A stretch of DNA of 64,000 bases from Candidatus Cloacimonadales bacterium (GTDB taxonomy: Bacteria; Cloacimonadota; Cloacimonadia; Cloacimonadales; JAFGVF01). The DNA lies in the NCBI GenBank assembly GCA_963678315.1, contig OY782781.1, positions 1,920,001-1,984,000 of the forward strand, read 5' to 3'. The translations under genes and the position numbers were made by a program. The notes beneath the pieces are model-generated. The model worked only from the letters and a program-made list of their open reading frames with translations, had not been told where the DNA came from and searched no databases. Below are positions 1 to 10,270 of the stretch, piece by piece; within the stretch, counting starts at the first letter, position 1; each line of letters opens with the position of its first letter.

Positions 1-1589
1 GGTGTTCCTCTCGATAAATCGAAATTAAACTCAGGTAAGTCTTTTACACCCCACCAGCATTTATAGTAATCTTCTGCAACAAAGTCAGGAGTTAGATCTT
101 TAGGAAGAGGCCACTTAAACCAGTCGAACCAATCCCAATAGAGGGAATCCTTTCCTTTGGAAAGGCAATCCTCAAAAGCAAAGAAAGCTGTTCCACAGTG
201 ATTAAGTGCAATATCAAGGATTACTTTAACTCCATTATCATGTAGGTCATCGACTAGTTGTTTAAACTCATCATTGGTTCCTAGATGGGGGTCTATAAGT
301 TGAAAGTCTATGGTATCATATCTATGATAAGATTTTGCTTGGAAGATAGGATTTAAGTAGATTACATTAACTCCTAAATTAATAAGATAAGCAATCTTTT
401 TACGAATACCAGCAAGATCTCCCCCGTAAAAAGCATGCCAATCAGGATTAGCTTGAGCCGAATAGGGATTCTTCTTGAGTATTGCTGTGTCATTCCACTC
501 TGCCAAATGATAAAAGGCTTGATTCTTGTGTAGTTTATTGTTTAGTGAAGGCTTACAAACATTATCTGAATAATATGACTCTTTAAAAGTAGGATTAATC
601 CTTTCATCACCATTGTGGAACCTATCAGCTAAGATTTGGTACATAACTAAAGCATCTTTAAACTTGGGAATATTGAACTTTGGTAAGTTCTGTACAATAA
701 TATAATGAATACTATCTTTATTATCTAAGTTAAGTATGTTATTGTTAATAAAACATCTAGTCTTGTTAACTTCAAAAGATATTTTTAACTTTAAGATTGC
801 TTTCTTAGATGCTAGATCGATGTTAGAGTAATAGGCTGTGAAGTGTTTATTCTTACCAGAAAAGTAATATTGAACTGCTATGCCGTCAATTACTACTTTA
901 AGCTTATCATAGCTTTTAAAAGGGATTCTGAACTTAATTTCTACTTGCATATCTGAATACTTGTATACATCAATCAACTGACTATTAAATACTAATTTAT
1001 TATTGGAATAACTAGATAGTAAATTAGAATCTATAGAATACATGCTTGAAGAATCTATAACAACTTTACTGTTAGAAAGCTTTTCTTTTTGGACTTTCTT
1101 AGAAGGGTAATGACCAACAGAATCTTGGTTAACCCAAACACCAGCTTCTGCTAAATATTTGTATTCATACTCTCCACTTTCTAAGAATAAGCTTGTTTTA
1201 TATTGTCCTTTTGAGATCTGGGCAAGTCTATTTATGTCTGGAGTCCAGTTGTTGAAATCTCCAACCAATGATAATTTACCTTCATAATCTATGATTACTT
1301 TTTCGAATGTATGAAGAGCAATAAGCTTGCTTTCTTTCTTAACCTCAATGAAGGAAAGTTCAACACCGTTGATAAGCTTAAATGGTGCATTGGGGTCTTT
1401 CATATACTTCCCATCAATCTTAAATCTGTAGTAATACATACCCTCGTTTAGTGATACTCTAGCTAAATATTTACCATTTGTCTCTACTAGTTCAATAACA
1501 TGTTTATCCCAATTATCCGAATTAGCAACTAAGTAGACTTGGTGATTACCAACTATGGGAGGTTCATAAATAAAAGTTACAGTTTTCAT
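1..1589 (-). CDS. GH13 neopullulanase/cyclomaltodextrinase-like alpha-amylase with two N-terminal CBM48/AMPK-like glycogen-binding domains (partial, runs off the window start)
   Basis: Not in the ORF track. Manual translation from ATG at 1589 gives MKTVTFIYEPP...YYYRFKIDG, VGDFNNW, YQILADRFHNGD, YGGDLAGI, IYLNPIF...SYHRYDT and VILDIALNH. Frame checked at the GGDLAG motif. Confidence 0.85.
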   Translation of the reverse strand, partial: MKTVTFIYEPPIVGNHQVYLVANSDNWDKHVIELVETNGKYLARVSLNEGMYYYRFKIDGKYMKDPNAPFKLINGVELSFIEVKKESKLIALHTFEKVIIDYEGKLSLVGDFNNWTPDINRLAQISKGQYKTSLFLESGEYEYKYLAEAGVWVNQDSVGHYPSKKVQKEKLSNSKVVIDSSSMYSIDSNLLSSYSNNKLVFNSQLIDVYKYSDMQVEIKFRIPFKSYDKLKVVIDGIAVQYYFSGKNKHFTAYYSNIDLASKKAILKLKISFEVNKTRCFINNNILNLDNKDSIHYIIVQNLPKFNIPKFKDALVMYQILADRFHNGDERINPTFKESYYSDNVCKPSLNNKLHKNQAFYHLAEWNDTAILKKNPYSAQANPDWHAFYGGDLAGIRKKIAYLINLGVNVIYLNPIFQAKSYHRYDTIDFQLIDPHLGTNDEFKQLVDDLHDNGVKVILDIALNHCGTAFFAFEDCLSKGKDSLYWDWFDWFKWPLPKDLTPDFVAEDYYKCWWGVKDLPEFNFDLSRGT

Positions 1590-1591
1590 AA

Positions 1592-4500
1592 TTAAAAGTT
1601 AAGGCTATGGTATAACATTATTTCGTGGGAATTCTCATCACTCGGACGTAACTTATATTTATAAGAAACTTTAGTACCAAATTTAAAATTATACTTAAAT
1701 TCTAAATCTTGATAGTAGACCATTTTAGATTGATTTTGTAAGTTAGTAGCTTCTTGGAATAGCCCAGTGTAGTTGAAAAATAGTCTTTTGTAGACTTCTC
1801 TACCAAAATTAACAGATAGGTTGTTTAGCAGTATAGAAGAACCAAATTGCTCAAGCTCAGATTCATATACTTTCTCTTCTTGATCTCCTATATCAGAAAC
1901 GATATATTCATTAAACATATTCTTGATAAAACCAGGTCTGATATAGAAGTAATCTAAGTAAATACGTCTTCTTATAAATAGCTCTAAAGGTTTTAAGAAA
2001 TCATTGAATACACTATTATCCATATTAGAACCAAGCATGAGAACTGTTTCATTTTGTAGAAACTCTGTCTTTTGTTCCTGGGTTAAACTTCCATAATCCT
2101 CTCCATAGCGTAATCTATTAAGAGCATCTATTTGAGTCTTGTCTTCTGGATTATCACTCTCTAATGTTAATGAAAGAGCTTCTATACCATTTCTTTCTGT
2201 ATCATCATTAGATATCTTCAATGTGACTAAACTACCATCATTAGCTCTTTTGCTAAAGTTACCAGATATAATGAATTTTATATTGTTTATTACAACTTCA
2301 ACAAATTCTGTATTAAACTGATTACCTAAGAAATCAACATATCCTCCTTCAGCTGAGAAATATGCGTTAGGTATAGACCATTCTTTATCATGAGTAAGAA
2401 CTAAATAAGATCCTGGAGTTACCTCAATGTTGGCTGGGTATGTAACGTAATTAACATTCTCACCAATAATAAGTTTAGAGTCTAGTGTAAATGCTAAAGC
2501 TCTAAAAGATGAAGAAGACGATGATCTTTTACGGCTAAAGGTCTTCTTAGAAATGCTAGTAATAAGTGCTAGTAAATCTTGAGTGTCTGGAGGATAAATG
2601 CAAGAAGCATTAGATACTTTAACTTCAGCTTCAATCTTTAAATCATCAAAAGGACCTTTAATAATAGCTGATTGGGTTGTTCTACCAGATATGTTTACTG
2701 TTCCTGTCTCATCTTCAGGCATATATACAGGAATATTGATAACAACTCCTCGCTCAGAAGTGTTTATCTTGAATTGACCAAGAACCAACTCGCCAATGAA
2801 GAAGTTATCATTCTCATTGGAAGTGTCATTGTTGATGACAAGATATCCAGAACCAATTTGAGCTTGTAATTGCTCAATATTGAGTAAGTTATTCTTTATG
2901 CTTGCAGATAAGGCAAGGTTATTAAATCTTTCTGGTTGCCCTTTAATCTTCAAGAAACCTTTGTTAGATTTGATATAACCTTCTTCATAAATTAAACCAT
3001 TTTCTCCAATGCTGACAATCAACTCTGAGTCAATAGAGAAGTCTCCCTCTGGGAACGTTTCGGGACTGAGTTTGTGTAATATTTGATATGCCTGAGTGTT
3101 TAGATTTAAGTAAAATCTTTTATTTGAAGGAATAAACTCACCTGATAGAAGGTTGTAAGATAAATCTCCGAATGCAGTTAACTCTGCAAATCCATGTGAG
3201 TTAACATATAAATTATCCACTCTAATATTACGTGGATTAATTAAAACATTAAGGTGTGAGTCTTGTATCTCAAAGTCAGCAAAGTTAATATTTGATCCAA
3301 GACCATTAAATCTTAGTCCACTCTGATCCAAGTTGTTTGAGTCATAAATAAAGCTTAAATCACCATTGATATAGCCTTTAATCGGAACAAGATAGTTGTA
3401 ATCAGATAAATCAAGGTTAGACAGGTTACTATCTAAGGTAAGTTTGTAGCCATTGGTTAAACTAGCAATACCATTTGCTTCCAGCAAGACTTGTCTTTCA
3501 TTATAAAACTTTAAACTAGAGATATTTATATTATCTTTTGTTCCTTGAAAATCTACCTTCAATCCCATTCCTACAAAGTTCTTGAATTTTACCCCAGTTA
3601 GATTAATATTACCACTAATCTCAGGAGAAGAGTAACAATAATCCATTTGGGCAGTACAGAATCCTACAGGTAGGGCAGAAGCAATATCTTCTGCTAGTAA
3701 TTGCTTTATTTCTCTGAGATTTACTTTATCTATATTTACGAGCAGTCCTCTAGTATCATGCAGTAAATCATGTCCTTTGAAGCTTATATTATCATTTATG
3801 TTTAAATCAATATTTAATATGTTTCCATTAGCAAAACTTAGTTTTCCCACAGCATTAGTATGAGTATTGAATATTTTTGCTTCAATAACTTCATTCTCAA
3901 TATCAAAGTTCTTGTTTTTAATATCCCAAGAAAAGTTAGTTTTTAGTGGGATGAATAAATCATCGTTATAAGCTGTAGCGATTATATCTAAGTTGCTTGA
4001 AAGCCTATTGTTTTTGTAACTACCAGCTATAGAGCCGTTAATCAAAGGACTTGCATTATTTAGGAATACATTATCTGAATTGAATGTTTGCAGAGGAGAG
4101 AAGTCTTTTAAATCAATCTTGAAGTTATAAGAATTATCAAGTATATTTCCATTGGCTACAAGACTTAAATTATTACTGGCTAAGTTGCTATAAACAGACT
4201 TATCTTTAAGGAGTAAGTATCCATTGATAAGAGGAGTATTGATATCGTTATAGGTTACTATTGCATCATTAATATCTAATCTAAAGAATGGTGATTTGTT
4301 AAGAAGTAAGCCCTGTGCTTCAAGTTTACCATTAATCTTCAAATAAGAATCAGAAGAGTTACCAACTACTAAATCTGCTTTCAATATATCATCTATATAA
4401 GAAGCTTTCCCCTTAAAAATATTCCCGTTGTATTCTGAGTTAAGAAGTTCAACTTGTATAGAATTATCAATATATGAGACATCTGCATCGATATTGTCTA

Positions 4501-5596
4501 TCTTGAAACCATTTGTTGTGAATGTCTTTGTGTTTAGTGTGGCTGATAAATCTGGTTTAGTAACCTTACCTTGAACTGTTAGAGTTGCATTAATATTGCT
4601 AAAGATATTATTGATTCTCTTATTTAAATCATAATCATCAATTTTAGCTTTAGCATCAATATACTGGTCATTAAACATATCAAACAATCTTCCAGAAACT
4701 TGAGCTGGAATATCCATGAATGTAACATTATCACCTTCAATAAACAACTCATTAGAAGATCCAGAAACTTTTAAATCATTAATCTTTGCATCCATCCCGT
4801 AACTAGTGAAACTCAATAGATCAATAGTATTATCAAATGCTAAATAATTTAAGGTGTCGTCCAGTGTCTTTAGTTGTTTGTAGATAGTTTTACCAGAGAT
4901 AGTAGTTACAATGTTATCCAGTTTATAGATATATAGAGAATCAGGAGTGAAAGAATTAGCATTCATTAGAATTTCTTCCATACCTTCACTATTAAGACTT
5001 ACATCAACCTGCAGAGTGTTATCATTAGCATCTTTTATCACTGTTGTTACTTGCTTATTAGCATCTCTATTATAGACTAGGTCTAAATCATGAGCTTTTT
5101 GTGCCAGATAGAAATACTCTTTAAATGATATTTCAACATCTGCTGATGCTCCCTCTATAAACGCTGTTCTTGCATACTTAGTTATGTCAAATTTAGCAGA
5201 CTTTTCTTTTTTGTCATCACTCTGTTTGCCTACGAACTTTTTGGAAAAGTCAATCTTTGGATTTGAGACATAAAGTGAATCCACAATATTTGAAAAACGG
5301 TCTTCTCCAGAAGAGAATAATGAGGAATAGTTAAGAGCTGCATCTAAGTAGTCAACACTTACATCATACAAAGCATTGTTATCTTTTACCTTCAATTTGG
5401 AAATTGTTATATTCTCACTTCCGATATGGATTTCATCAAGAGTAATCTCAGCCTTAGCTAACTTTGATAAGTTATTTTCTAAATATGATTTAGCTATTAC
5501 ATTCCTAAAACTTATGATAGTAACAGGAATTACTAAAAAGATAATGCTAAAAATAGCTAATGAGAATATTAAAATCCTCTTATTTCTTTTTCTCAT
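1592..5596 (-). CDS. TamB/AsmA-like large envelope protein
   Basis: 1334 aa, N-terminal membrane anchor, long beta-rich body, TamB-like C-terminal region, next to lol-like genes. Confidence 0.6.
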   Translation of the reverse strand: MRKRNKRILIFSLAIFSIIFLVIPVTIISFRNVIAKSYLENNLSKLAKAEITLDEIHIGSENITISKLKVKDNNALYDVSVDYLDAALNYSSLFSSGEDRFSNIVDSLYVSNPKIDFSKKFVGKQSDDKKEKSAKFDITKYARTAFIEGASADVEISFKEYFYLAQKAHDLDLVYNRDANKQVTTVIKDANDNTLQVDVSLNSEGMEEILMNANSFTPDSLYIYKLDNIVTTISGKTIYKQLKTLDDTLNYLAFDNTIDLLSFTSYGMDAKINDLKVSGSSNELFIEGDNVTFMDIPAQVSGRLFDMFNDQYIDAKAKIDDYDLNKRINNIFSNINATLTVQGKVTKPDLSATLNTKTFTTNGFKIDNIDADVSYIDNSIQVELLNSEYNGNIFKGKASYIDDILKADLVVGNSSDSYLKINGKLEAQGLLLNKSPFFRLDINDAIVTYNDINTPLINGYLLLKDKSVYSNLASNNLSLVANGNILDNSYNFKIDLKDFSPLQTFNSDNVFLNNASPLINGSIAGSYKNNRLSSNLDIIATAYNDDLFIPLKTNFSWDIKNKNFDIENEVIEAKIFNTHTNAVGKLSFANGNILNIDLNINDNISFKGHDLLHDTRGLLVNIDKVNLREIKQLLAEDIASALPVGFCTAQMDYCYSSPEISGNINLTGVKFKNFVGMGLKVDFQGTKDNINISSLKFYNERQVLLEANGIASLTNGYKLTLDSNLSNLDLSDYNYLVPIKGYINGDLSFIYDSNNLDQSGLRFNGLGSNINFADFEIQDSHLNVLINPRNIRVDNLYVNSHGFAELTAFGDLSYNLLSGEFIPSNKRFYLNLNTQAYQILHKLSPETFPEGDFSIDSELIVSIGENGLIYEEGYIKSNKGFLKIKGQPERFNNLALSASIKNNLLNIEQLQAQIGSGYLVINNDTSNENDNFFIGELVLGQFKINTSERGVVINIPVYMPEDETGTVNISGRTTQSAIIKGPFDDLKIEAEVKVSNASCIYPPDTQDLLALITSISKKTFSRKRSSSSSSFRALAFTLDSKLIIGENVNYVTYPANIEVTPGSYLVLTHDKEWSIPNAYFSAEGGYVDFLGNQFNTEFVEVVINNIKFIISGNFSKRANDGSLVTLKISNDDTERNGIEALSLTLESDNPEDKTQIDALNRLRYGEDYGSLTQEQKTEFLQNETVLMLGSNMDNSVFNDFLKPLELFIRRRIYLDYFYIRPGFIKNMFNEYIVSDIGDQEEKVYESELEQFGSSILLNNLSVNFGREVYKRLFFNYTGLFQEATNLQNQSKMVYYQDLEFKYNFKFGTKVSYKYKLRPSDENSHEIMLYHSLNF

Positions 5597-6251
5597 ATTT
5601 ATTTAATTTACCATCAATGAGGGTATAGTGGCTGTCAACTTCTCTTGGTAGTGATAAATCATGAGTTACTAGCACTACTGTTAATCCTTCACTGTTGAGT
5701 TTTCTTATCAAGTCCATCACCAAAAGAGAATTCTCTTGATCTAGATTACCTGTAGGTTCATCAGCAATCAGTATTTTTGGGTTCGTAACAATTGCTCTTG
5801 CTATTGCTATTCTTTGCTCTTCACCTCCACTTAGCTTTCGTGGTAAATGATTCTTTCTATCTTCCAAACCGATAATTTTAAGCATATTTAATGCTCTTTC
5901 CTTAGCTTCTTTCTTGCTAACATTTTGAATTAAGAGAGGAATCATTATGTTTTCTAAAGCAGTGAAGTCTTCAAGTAAGAAATGAGATTGAAATACAAAG
6001 CCCATATTGATATTTCTAAAACGTTCAACACTTTTGATGCTTGAAACACCTTTGTTCAGAATAGATAGTGATCCTGATGATGGTTTATCAAGCAAACCTA
6101 TTAAATGAAGCAAGGTACTTTTGCCACATCCTGATGCCCCTGTAATATATACAAATTCTCCTTGATGAATGTCTAAGTTAACATCTTTTAACACTTCTAA
6201 CTTCTTATTTGCATCTATAAAACTTTTCTTTATATTTTGTAATTTTACCAT
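5580..6251 (-). CDS. lolD: Lipoprotein-releasing ABC transporter ATPase (LolD-like)
   Basis: [26 protein letters not shown]; adjacent to a LolC/E-like permease. Confidence 0.8.
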   Translation of the reverse strand: MVKLQNIKKSFIDANKKLEVLKDVNLDIHQGEFVYITGASGCGKSTLLHLIGLLDKPSSGSLSILNKGVSSIKSVERFRNINMGFVFQSHFLLEDFTALENIMIPLLIQNVSKKEAKERALNMLKIIGLEDRKNHLPRKLSGGEEQRIAIARAIVTNPKILIADEPTGNLDQENSLLVMDLIRKLNSEGLTVVLVTHDLSLPREVDSHYTLIDGKLNKYEKKK

Positions 6252-6253
6252 AA

Positions 6254-7480
6254 TTAGCTTCTTATTATTTCTATAACATTTAATTTGTTTATTGTTTTCA
6301 ACGACCAGAATATTGTTGTTGAAACTATTACTAGTGCAGTCAGGTAGATTGTTAGATAAACATCAAGTGAAGGACTAACAATTATTTTATCTATAAAATA
6401 TACATCTGCTTTAAGTAACTGATCGGAGTATTTAGATAACTGATAAGCACCAATAGTACCTAGTATCAAGCCTAGGATGATACTTATATTAGTTAAGAAG
6501 AGTGAAAAATAATAATACAGTTTTTTTACTTGTCTTTTGGTTAGTCCTAAGGTGAGCAAAATGCCAATTTCCACATTTCTTTCTAATATTATTGAACTAA
6601 GAGTACTAACTACGTTGAATGACGCAACTAAAACAATAATATTTAATATTAGGAAAATCATAATCCTTTGTAGTTCAAGTGTTGAAAACAAAGATTCGTT
6701 ATTCTGTAGTTGATTAAATCCATATAGATTTCTATTATTAAAAGAGTTTTTAGCATGGAATCTATTAAGAGTATTGGATATATTTGTTGAACTATTATCT
6801 TCTAGTAATACGGGAATAAAACTAAAGCTATCTTTACTCTCTATCAAGCCTTGTACTTTAGTTAATTCTAATAAGGATATACGCTTATCAATTTCATATA
6901 AACCAGTACTGTAATTTTCTTTAACTATGAAGTCTGAACTCTTCTTGATTAATCCAAAAATAGATAATCTAATTGATTTAGGCAATATTACCTGAACAGT
7001 ATCTCCCTGTGATACATTTAAATCTTTTGCTAGATATTTCCCAAGAATAATCTCGTTGTCTCTTAAGTGAAAGTCTTCGTTTTTAGAAAAAGGATAATTA
7101 ATAGAATTGAAATCAATATTGTCGTTGTCAAAAGACCCAAGTGTTGATGGCTTTGTAACATTGCCCTTGGAAAGTAAGACAGGTATCTCAATTTTCTTGT
7201 CCCAAGCTTTAATCTTAGTAATGTCAGAAATAGAATTTTCAATATAATTTACTTCCTTGTTAGAAAGATTATTAGTGGTAGAATTTACTATTATATCTGA
7301 GAATGATCTCTTAAAGACACTTTTAAGAGTATCCTGGTATCCTTGAAATAGGAGCATAGCCATTGTTAATGCTGATATTGATAGGGTTATACTAATCAGC
7401 ATAAATAAAGAGTTTTTACCCCAACTGGATTTTCTAACCTTCAGGATTTTGCTAATATAAAGTTTTATAAGTAGATTCAA
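6254..7480 (-). CDS. LolC/E-family (FtsX-like) ABC permease
   Basis: One TM, periplasmic domain and three C-terminal TMs; EIGILLTLG motif. Confidence 0.8.
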   Translation of the reverse strand: MNLLIKLYISKILKVRKSSWGKNSLFMLISITLSISALTMAMLLFQGYQDTLKSVFKRSFSDIIVNSTTNNLSNKEVNYIENSISDITKIKAWDKKIEIPVLLSKGNVTKPSTLGSFDNDNIDFNSINYPFSKNEDFHLRDNEIILGKYLAKDLNVSQGDTVQVILPKSIRLSIFGLIKKSSDFIVKENYSTGLYEIDKRISLLELTKVQGLIESKDSFSFIPVLLEDNSSTNISNTLNRFHAKNSFNNRNLYGFNQLQNNESLFSTLELQRIMIFLILNIIVLVASFNVVSTLSSIILERNVEIGILLTLGLTKRQVKKLYYYFSLFLTNISIILGLILGTIGAYQLSKYSDQLLKADVYFIDKIIVSPSLDVYLTIYLTALVIVSTTIFWSLKTINKLNVIEIIRS

Positions 7481-7482
7481 GA

Positions 7483-7986
7483 TTAATCTCTTAAGCTTGG
7501 ATGTGGCAACTCAATGATAATTTTTTCTTCTGGTTGTTCTTTTTCTTCAACAATCTCCTGTCTTGCTTTAAAGAAATTAAAACCACTTTCTTTGTATGTT
7601 TTATAGGAAAAATAGCTTAGAAATATAACAACAGCAATGATTAAAATTACATAAAGCCAATTCATGGAAATTAAAAACTTTCTTTCATTCTTGAATTCAA
7701 TATTTTGATAGACATTTGTTTTATATTGTGGGTAAAGTGAATCGAGTAAATTGTTAAGTTTTACACTACTTCCATTCAATTTACGCACAATCGTATTAGC
7801 ATAGCTCTTTACAACACCAAATCCACCAAGTTCTTCAACCTTGTTGGCTTCTAACATAATCAATGTATCTCTTTTTATAAGTGTAAGCTCTGAAAGCTCT
7901 TCTATTGTCATTCCATTTTCTTCTCTAAGCTTTTTAACAAATTTACCTATGCTATCCATTTCTTCTCCAATAATATTTACCTTCAC
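7483..7986 (-). CDS. RodZ-like HTH membrane protein (short; start probably ATG near 7959)
   Basis: IGKFVKKLREENGMTIEELS XRE-type HTH followed by one TM segment. Confidence 0.65.
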   Translation of the reverse strand: MKVNIIGEEMDSIGKFVKKLREENGMTIEELSELTLIKRDTLIMLEANKVEELGGFGVVKSYANTIVRKLNGSSVKLNNLLDSLYPQYKTNVYQNIEFKNERKFLISMNWLYVILIIAVVIFLSYFSYKTYKESGFNFFKARQEIVEEKEQPEEKIIIELPHPSLRD

Positions 7987-8737
7987 AGATTAAGTCAACA
8001 CTTCCCATCATATAAACTCCTTTAGTATATCTAAAGTTCAAAGCTCCTCCTTGGAGTTTAACTTGAGCTGACTCGCTAATTAACTTGTTTTTTAGGCAGT
8101 AATAATAAACTGCTGTAGCCCCACTTCCGCATGCCAGTGTAACACCAGAGCCTCTTTCATAGACAAAACACCTTACAGTTTGGTTATCAATTATGTCAAT
8201 CTTTTCTACGTTTATTCCATCTGGAAAAAGAATGTTATTTTGGACTCTTTTAGCTAATTCTACAAACTTATCATTATTTAGGTCACAATTGGGGAAAATT
8301 AAATGTTCATTGCCAACATTCACTAAACTGCATTTATAGCCCTCGATAGTGTATTCTGAAACAATTTTAGGTTCACCCATAAATACTTCAATGTTACTAT
8401 CTTCTTTTACTAGAGATTTTCTCACTCCACTAAGTGTGTTAATAGTAATCTCTTGTTTATTAGTCTTTTGGTTCATCAAGTAAGCTACACAACGAAGGGC
8501 ATTGCCACACATACTAGCTTCGGAACCATCAGCATTGAATATTCTCATGTAGCAGTCTGCATTACTGTCTTCAGATATAACTACTAGACCATCAGAACCA
8601 ACTCCAAAATGTCGGTTTGAAACACTAATACTGAGTGAAGAAAAATCAATATCCTCAAATTCTTTATCTAGGTTATCTAGGTAGATATAATCATTACCTA
8701 GACCTGTCATTTTAATAAAATTTATTTCGGTCTTCAT
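7952..8737 (-). CDS. dapF: Diaminopimelate epimerase
   Basis: KMTGLGNDY, NADGSEASMCGNALRC, ERGSGVTLACGSGA. Confidence 0.95.
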   Translation of the reverse strand: MKTEINFIKMTGLGNDYIYLDNLDKEFEDIDFSSLSISVSNRHFGVGSDGLVVISEDSNADCYMRIFNADGSEASMCGNALRCVAYLMNQKTNKQEITINTLSGVRKSLVKEDSNIEVFMGEPKIVSEYTIEGYKCSLVNVGNEHLIFPNCDLNNDKFVELAKRVQNNILFPDGINVEKIDIIDNQTVRCFVYERGSGVTLACGSGATAVYYYCLKNKLISESAQVKLQGGALNFRYTKGVYMMGSVDLICEGKYYWRRNG

Positions 8738-9442
8738 TTATTTAAAAATCTCACTAAAGTAATCGCTAAAGTTATAAAAGCCTTTTTTGGAGTTAATCCA
8801 CTCAGCAGATTTAACAACTCCACCCACAAATGCAGATCTTTCTCTTGCTAAATGTTTTATCTCAAGAAACTCATGTGTTCCATCTATTCCTAGAACATGA
8901 GTACCTGGTTTCTTGCCAGCTCTAACTGCTTCAAATTCAAAATCTTCTCTTATATTTTTATTTAATTCTTTTATAGTTTTGCTTATGTATTTCGCTGTTC
9001 CAGAAGGTTTATCTTTTTTCATGTTATGGTGTTCTTCATAACCGTAATAATCAAACTCTCTTATATTCTTAGTGAGTTTTGCTAGATACTCAGCCATTTG
9101 AAAAAAGATGTTCATCCCAATTGAAAAGTTTGCTCCATAGATTATTCCAACTTGATGGACTTCAGCTAATTCTTTTACTCTATCTATTTCATCATACCAA
9201 CCTGAAGTTCCAACTACAATGTTAGTACCGCTTTTAGCGATTTTTTCAAGTCTTTCCAATATACCTGTAGGCTCAGTAAACTCTAATGCTACATCAGCAT
9301 TGTTTAGGCTTTCTATGCATATATCTGATTTATATTTTTCTATATTATTATCAATTATACTAACTACTTCATGATTACTGTCAAGACATAACTGATGCAG
9401 TAATTTTCCCATTTTTCCATAACCAATAATTGCTATTTTCAT
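8738..9442 (-). CDS. dapB: 4-hydroxy-tetrahydrodipicolinate reductase
   Basis: IIGYGKMG, ANFSIG, EEHHNMKKDKPSGTA. Confidence 0.95.
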   Translation of the reverse strand: MKIAIIGYGKMGKLLHQLCLDSNHEVVSIIDNNIEKYKSDICIESLNNADVALEFTEPTGILERLEKIAKSGTNIVVGTSGWYDEIDRVKELAEVHQVGIIYGANFSIGMNIFFQMAEYLAKLTKNIREFDYYGYEEHHNMKKDKPSGTAKYISKTIKELNKNIREDFEFEAVRAGKKPGTHVLGIDGTHEFLEIKHLARERSAFVGGVVKSAEWINSKKGFYNFSDYFSEIFK

Positions 9443-9460
9443 ATTATATCCTTTTTTTTC

Positions 9461-9489
9461 ATTTTATAATGATTATAGCATTTTGTCAA
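9461..9489 (-). promoter_or_regulatory. Sigma70-type promoter of the dapB operon
   Basis: TTGACA-N17-TAAAAT on the minus strand just upstream of the dapB start. Confidence 0.65.
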
Positions 9490-9523
9490 ACTTATTTTGC
9501 GTTGATTTTATTGGGTCTTATCT

Positions 9524-9825
9524 TTTAATTTAGTAAATACTTTTTGAAAGAGTAAATTGTCTGTTTTTTTTAACCTATTTAATGCTGTAGGCTTCTCGTG
9601 AAGAGTGCAGATTCCGTCTAAGCCGGACACGGTATTTCAGCAAAATAAGTTACAGAATCGAAGTTTGAATAATATATATTCTAGCTGAGATTATGTAAGT
9701 TATCCTTGCCATGAGTCTTCGCTGAGGCTACGCCCTCACAGGAATAATATAGTACTATTCTAGAAGTTCTACTGTATTAGATGGGTTTAATTTAGTAAAT
9801 ACTTTTTGAAAGAGCAACTTGTCTG
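9524..9825. repeat. 40-bp direct repeats (9524-9563 and 9786-9825) bracketing an element with terminal inverted repeats (9572-9788)
   Basis: TTTAATTTAGTAAATACTTTTTGAAAGAG[T/C]AA[A/C]TTGTCTG occurs twice. Inner ends are AACCTATTTAATGCTGTAGGCTTCT and AGAAGTTCTACTGTATTAGATGGGTT. Confidence 0.75.
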
Positions 9826-9976
9826 AATTTTCTCAATTCTACCTTACAATTATTTTGTACTTTTCTTCTGTCAAAAGTATCTTTTTACCATAATGTTTCT
9901 AACAAATATGCTGATATAAGTCATTAGCTAAAAATTAAACATTTTGCTAGACTTTTCTGAAAGGTCTCTGCTCATA

Positions 9977-10238
9977 TACTAGTCCCTTTGAAAAAAAGTC
10001 GATTTTTCAAGGAGACCCTTAAGGAAGGAGTTAGAAGTGAGGAGTTACTGGGAACGCTTTGCCTTTAGTCCGGCTGCTGCCGGATAGCTGGCTAATACTG
10101 GGATCGCCAGCCTCTGTGCTGGCTTCACTTAGAACGTAGTGATAAGTGAATTTGTAGAGACGTTTGAAAAAAAACGTCTCAGAAACAAGCTAGAAGCTTG
10201 TGCACCTAGATGGTGATGGAGAGTAAGCATTCACCGAT
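9977..10238. repeat. Mosaic REP-like hairpin cluster, copy 1 (homologous to 46531-46864 and 19101-19150)
   Basis: Shared blocks CTTTGAAAAAAAG[T/C]CGATTTTTCAA.GAGACCCTTAA and TACTGGGATCGCCAGCCTCTG.GCTGGCTTCACTTAGAACGTAGT.ATAAGTGAATTTGTAGAGACG...ACGTCTC. Confidence 0.8.
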
Positions 10239-10270
10239 TATATGTGGAAAATGTGCTAATTCTATGTAAT

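Noticed and set aside
9490..9960. Lysine riboswitch upstream of dapB
   Set aside because: I could not find the conserved riboswitch motifs. The promoter lies right next to dapB, and the structure is explained by the repeat element.
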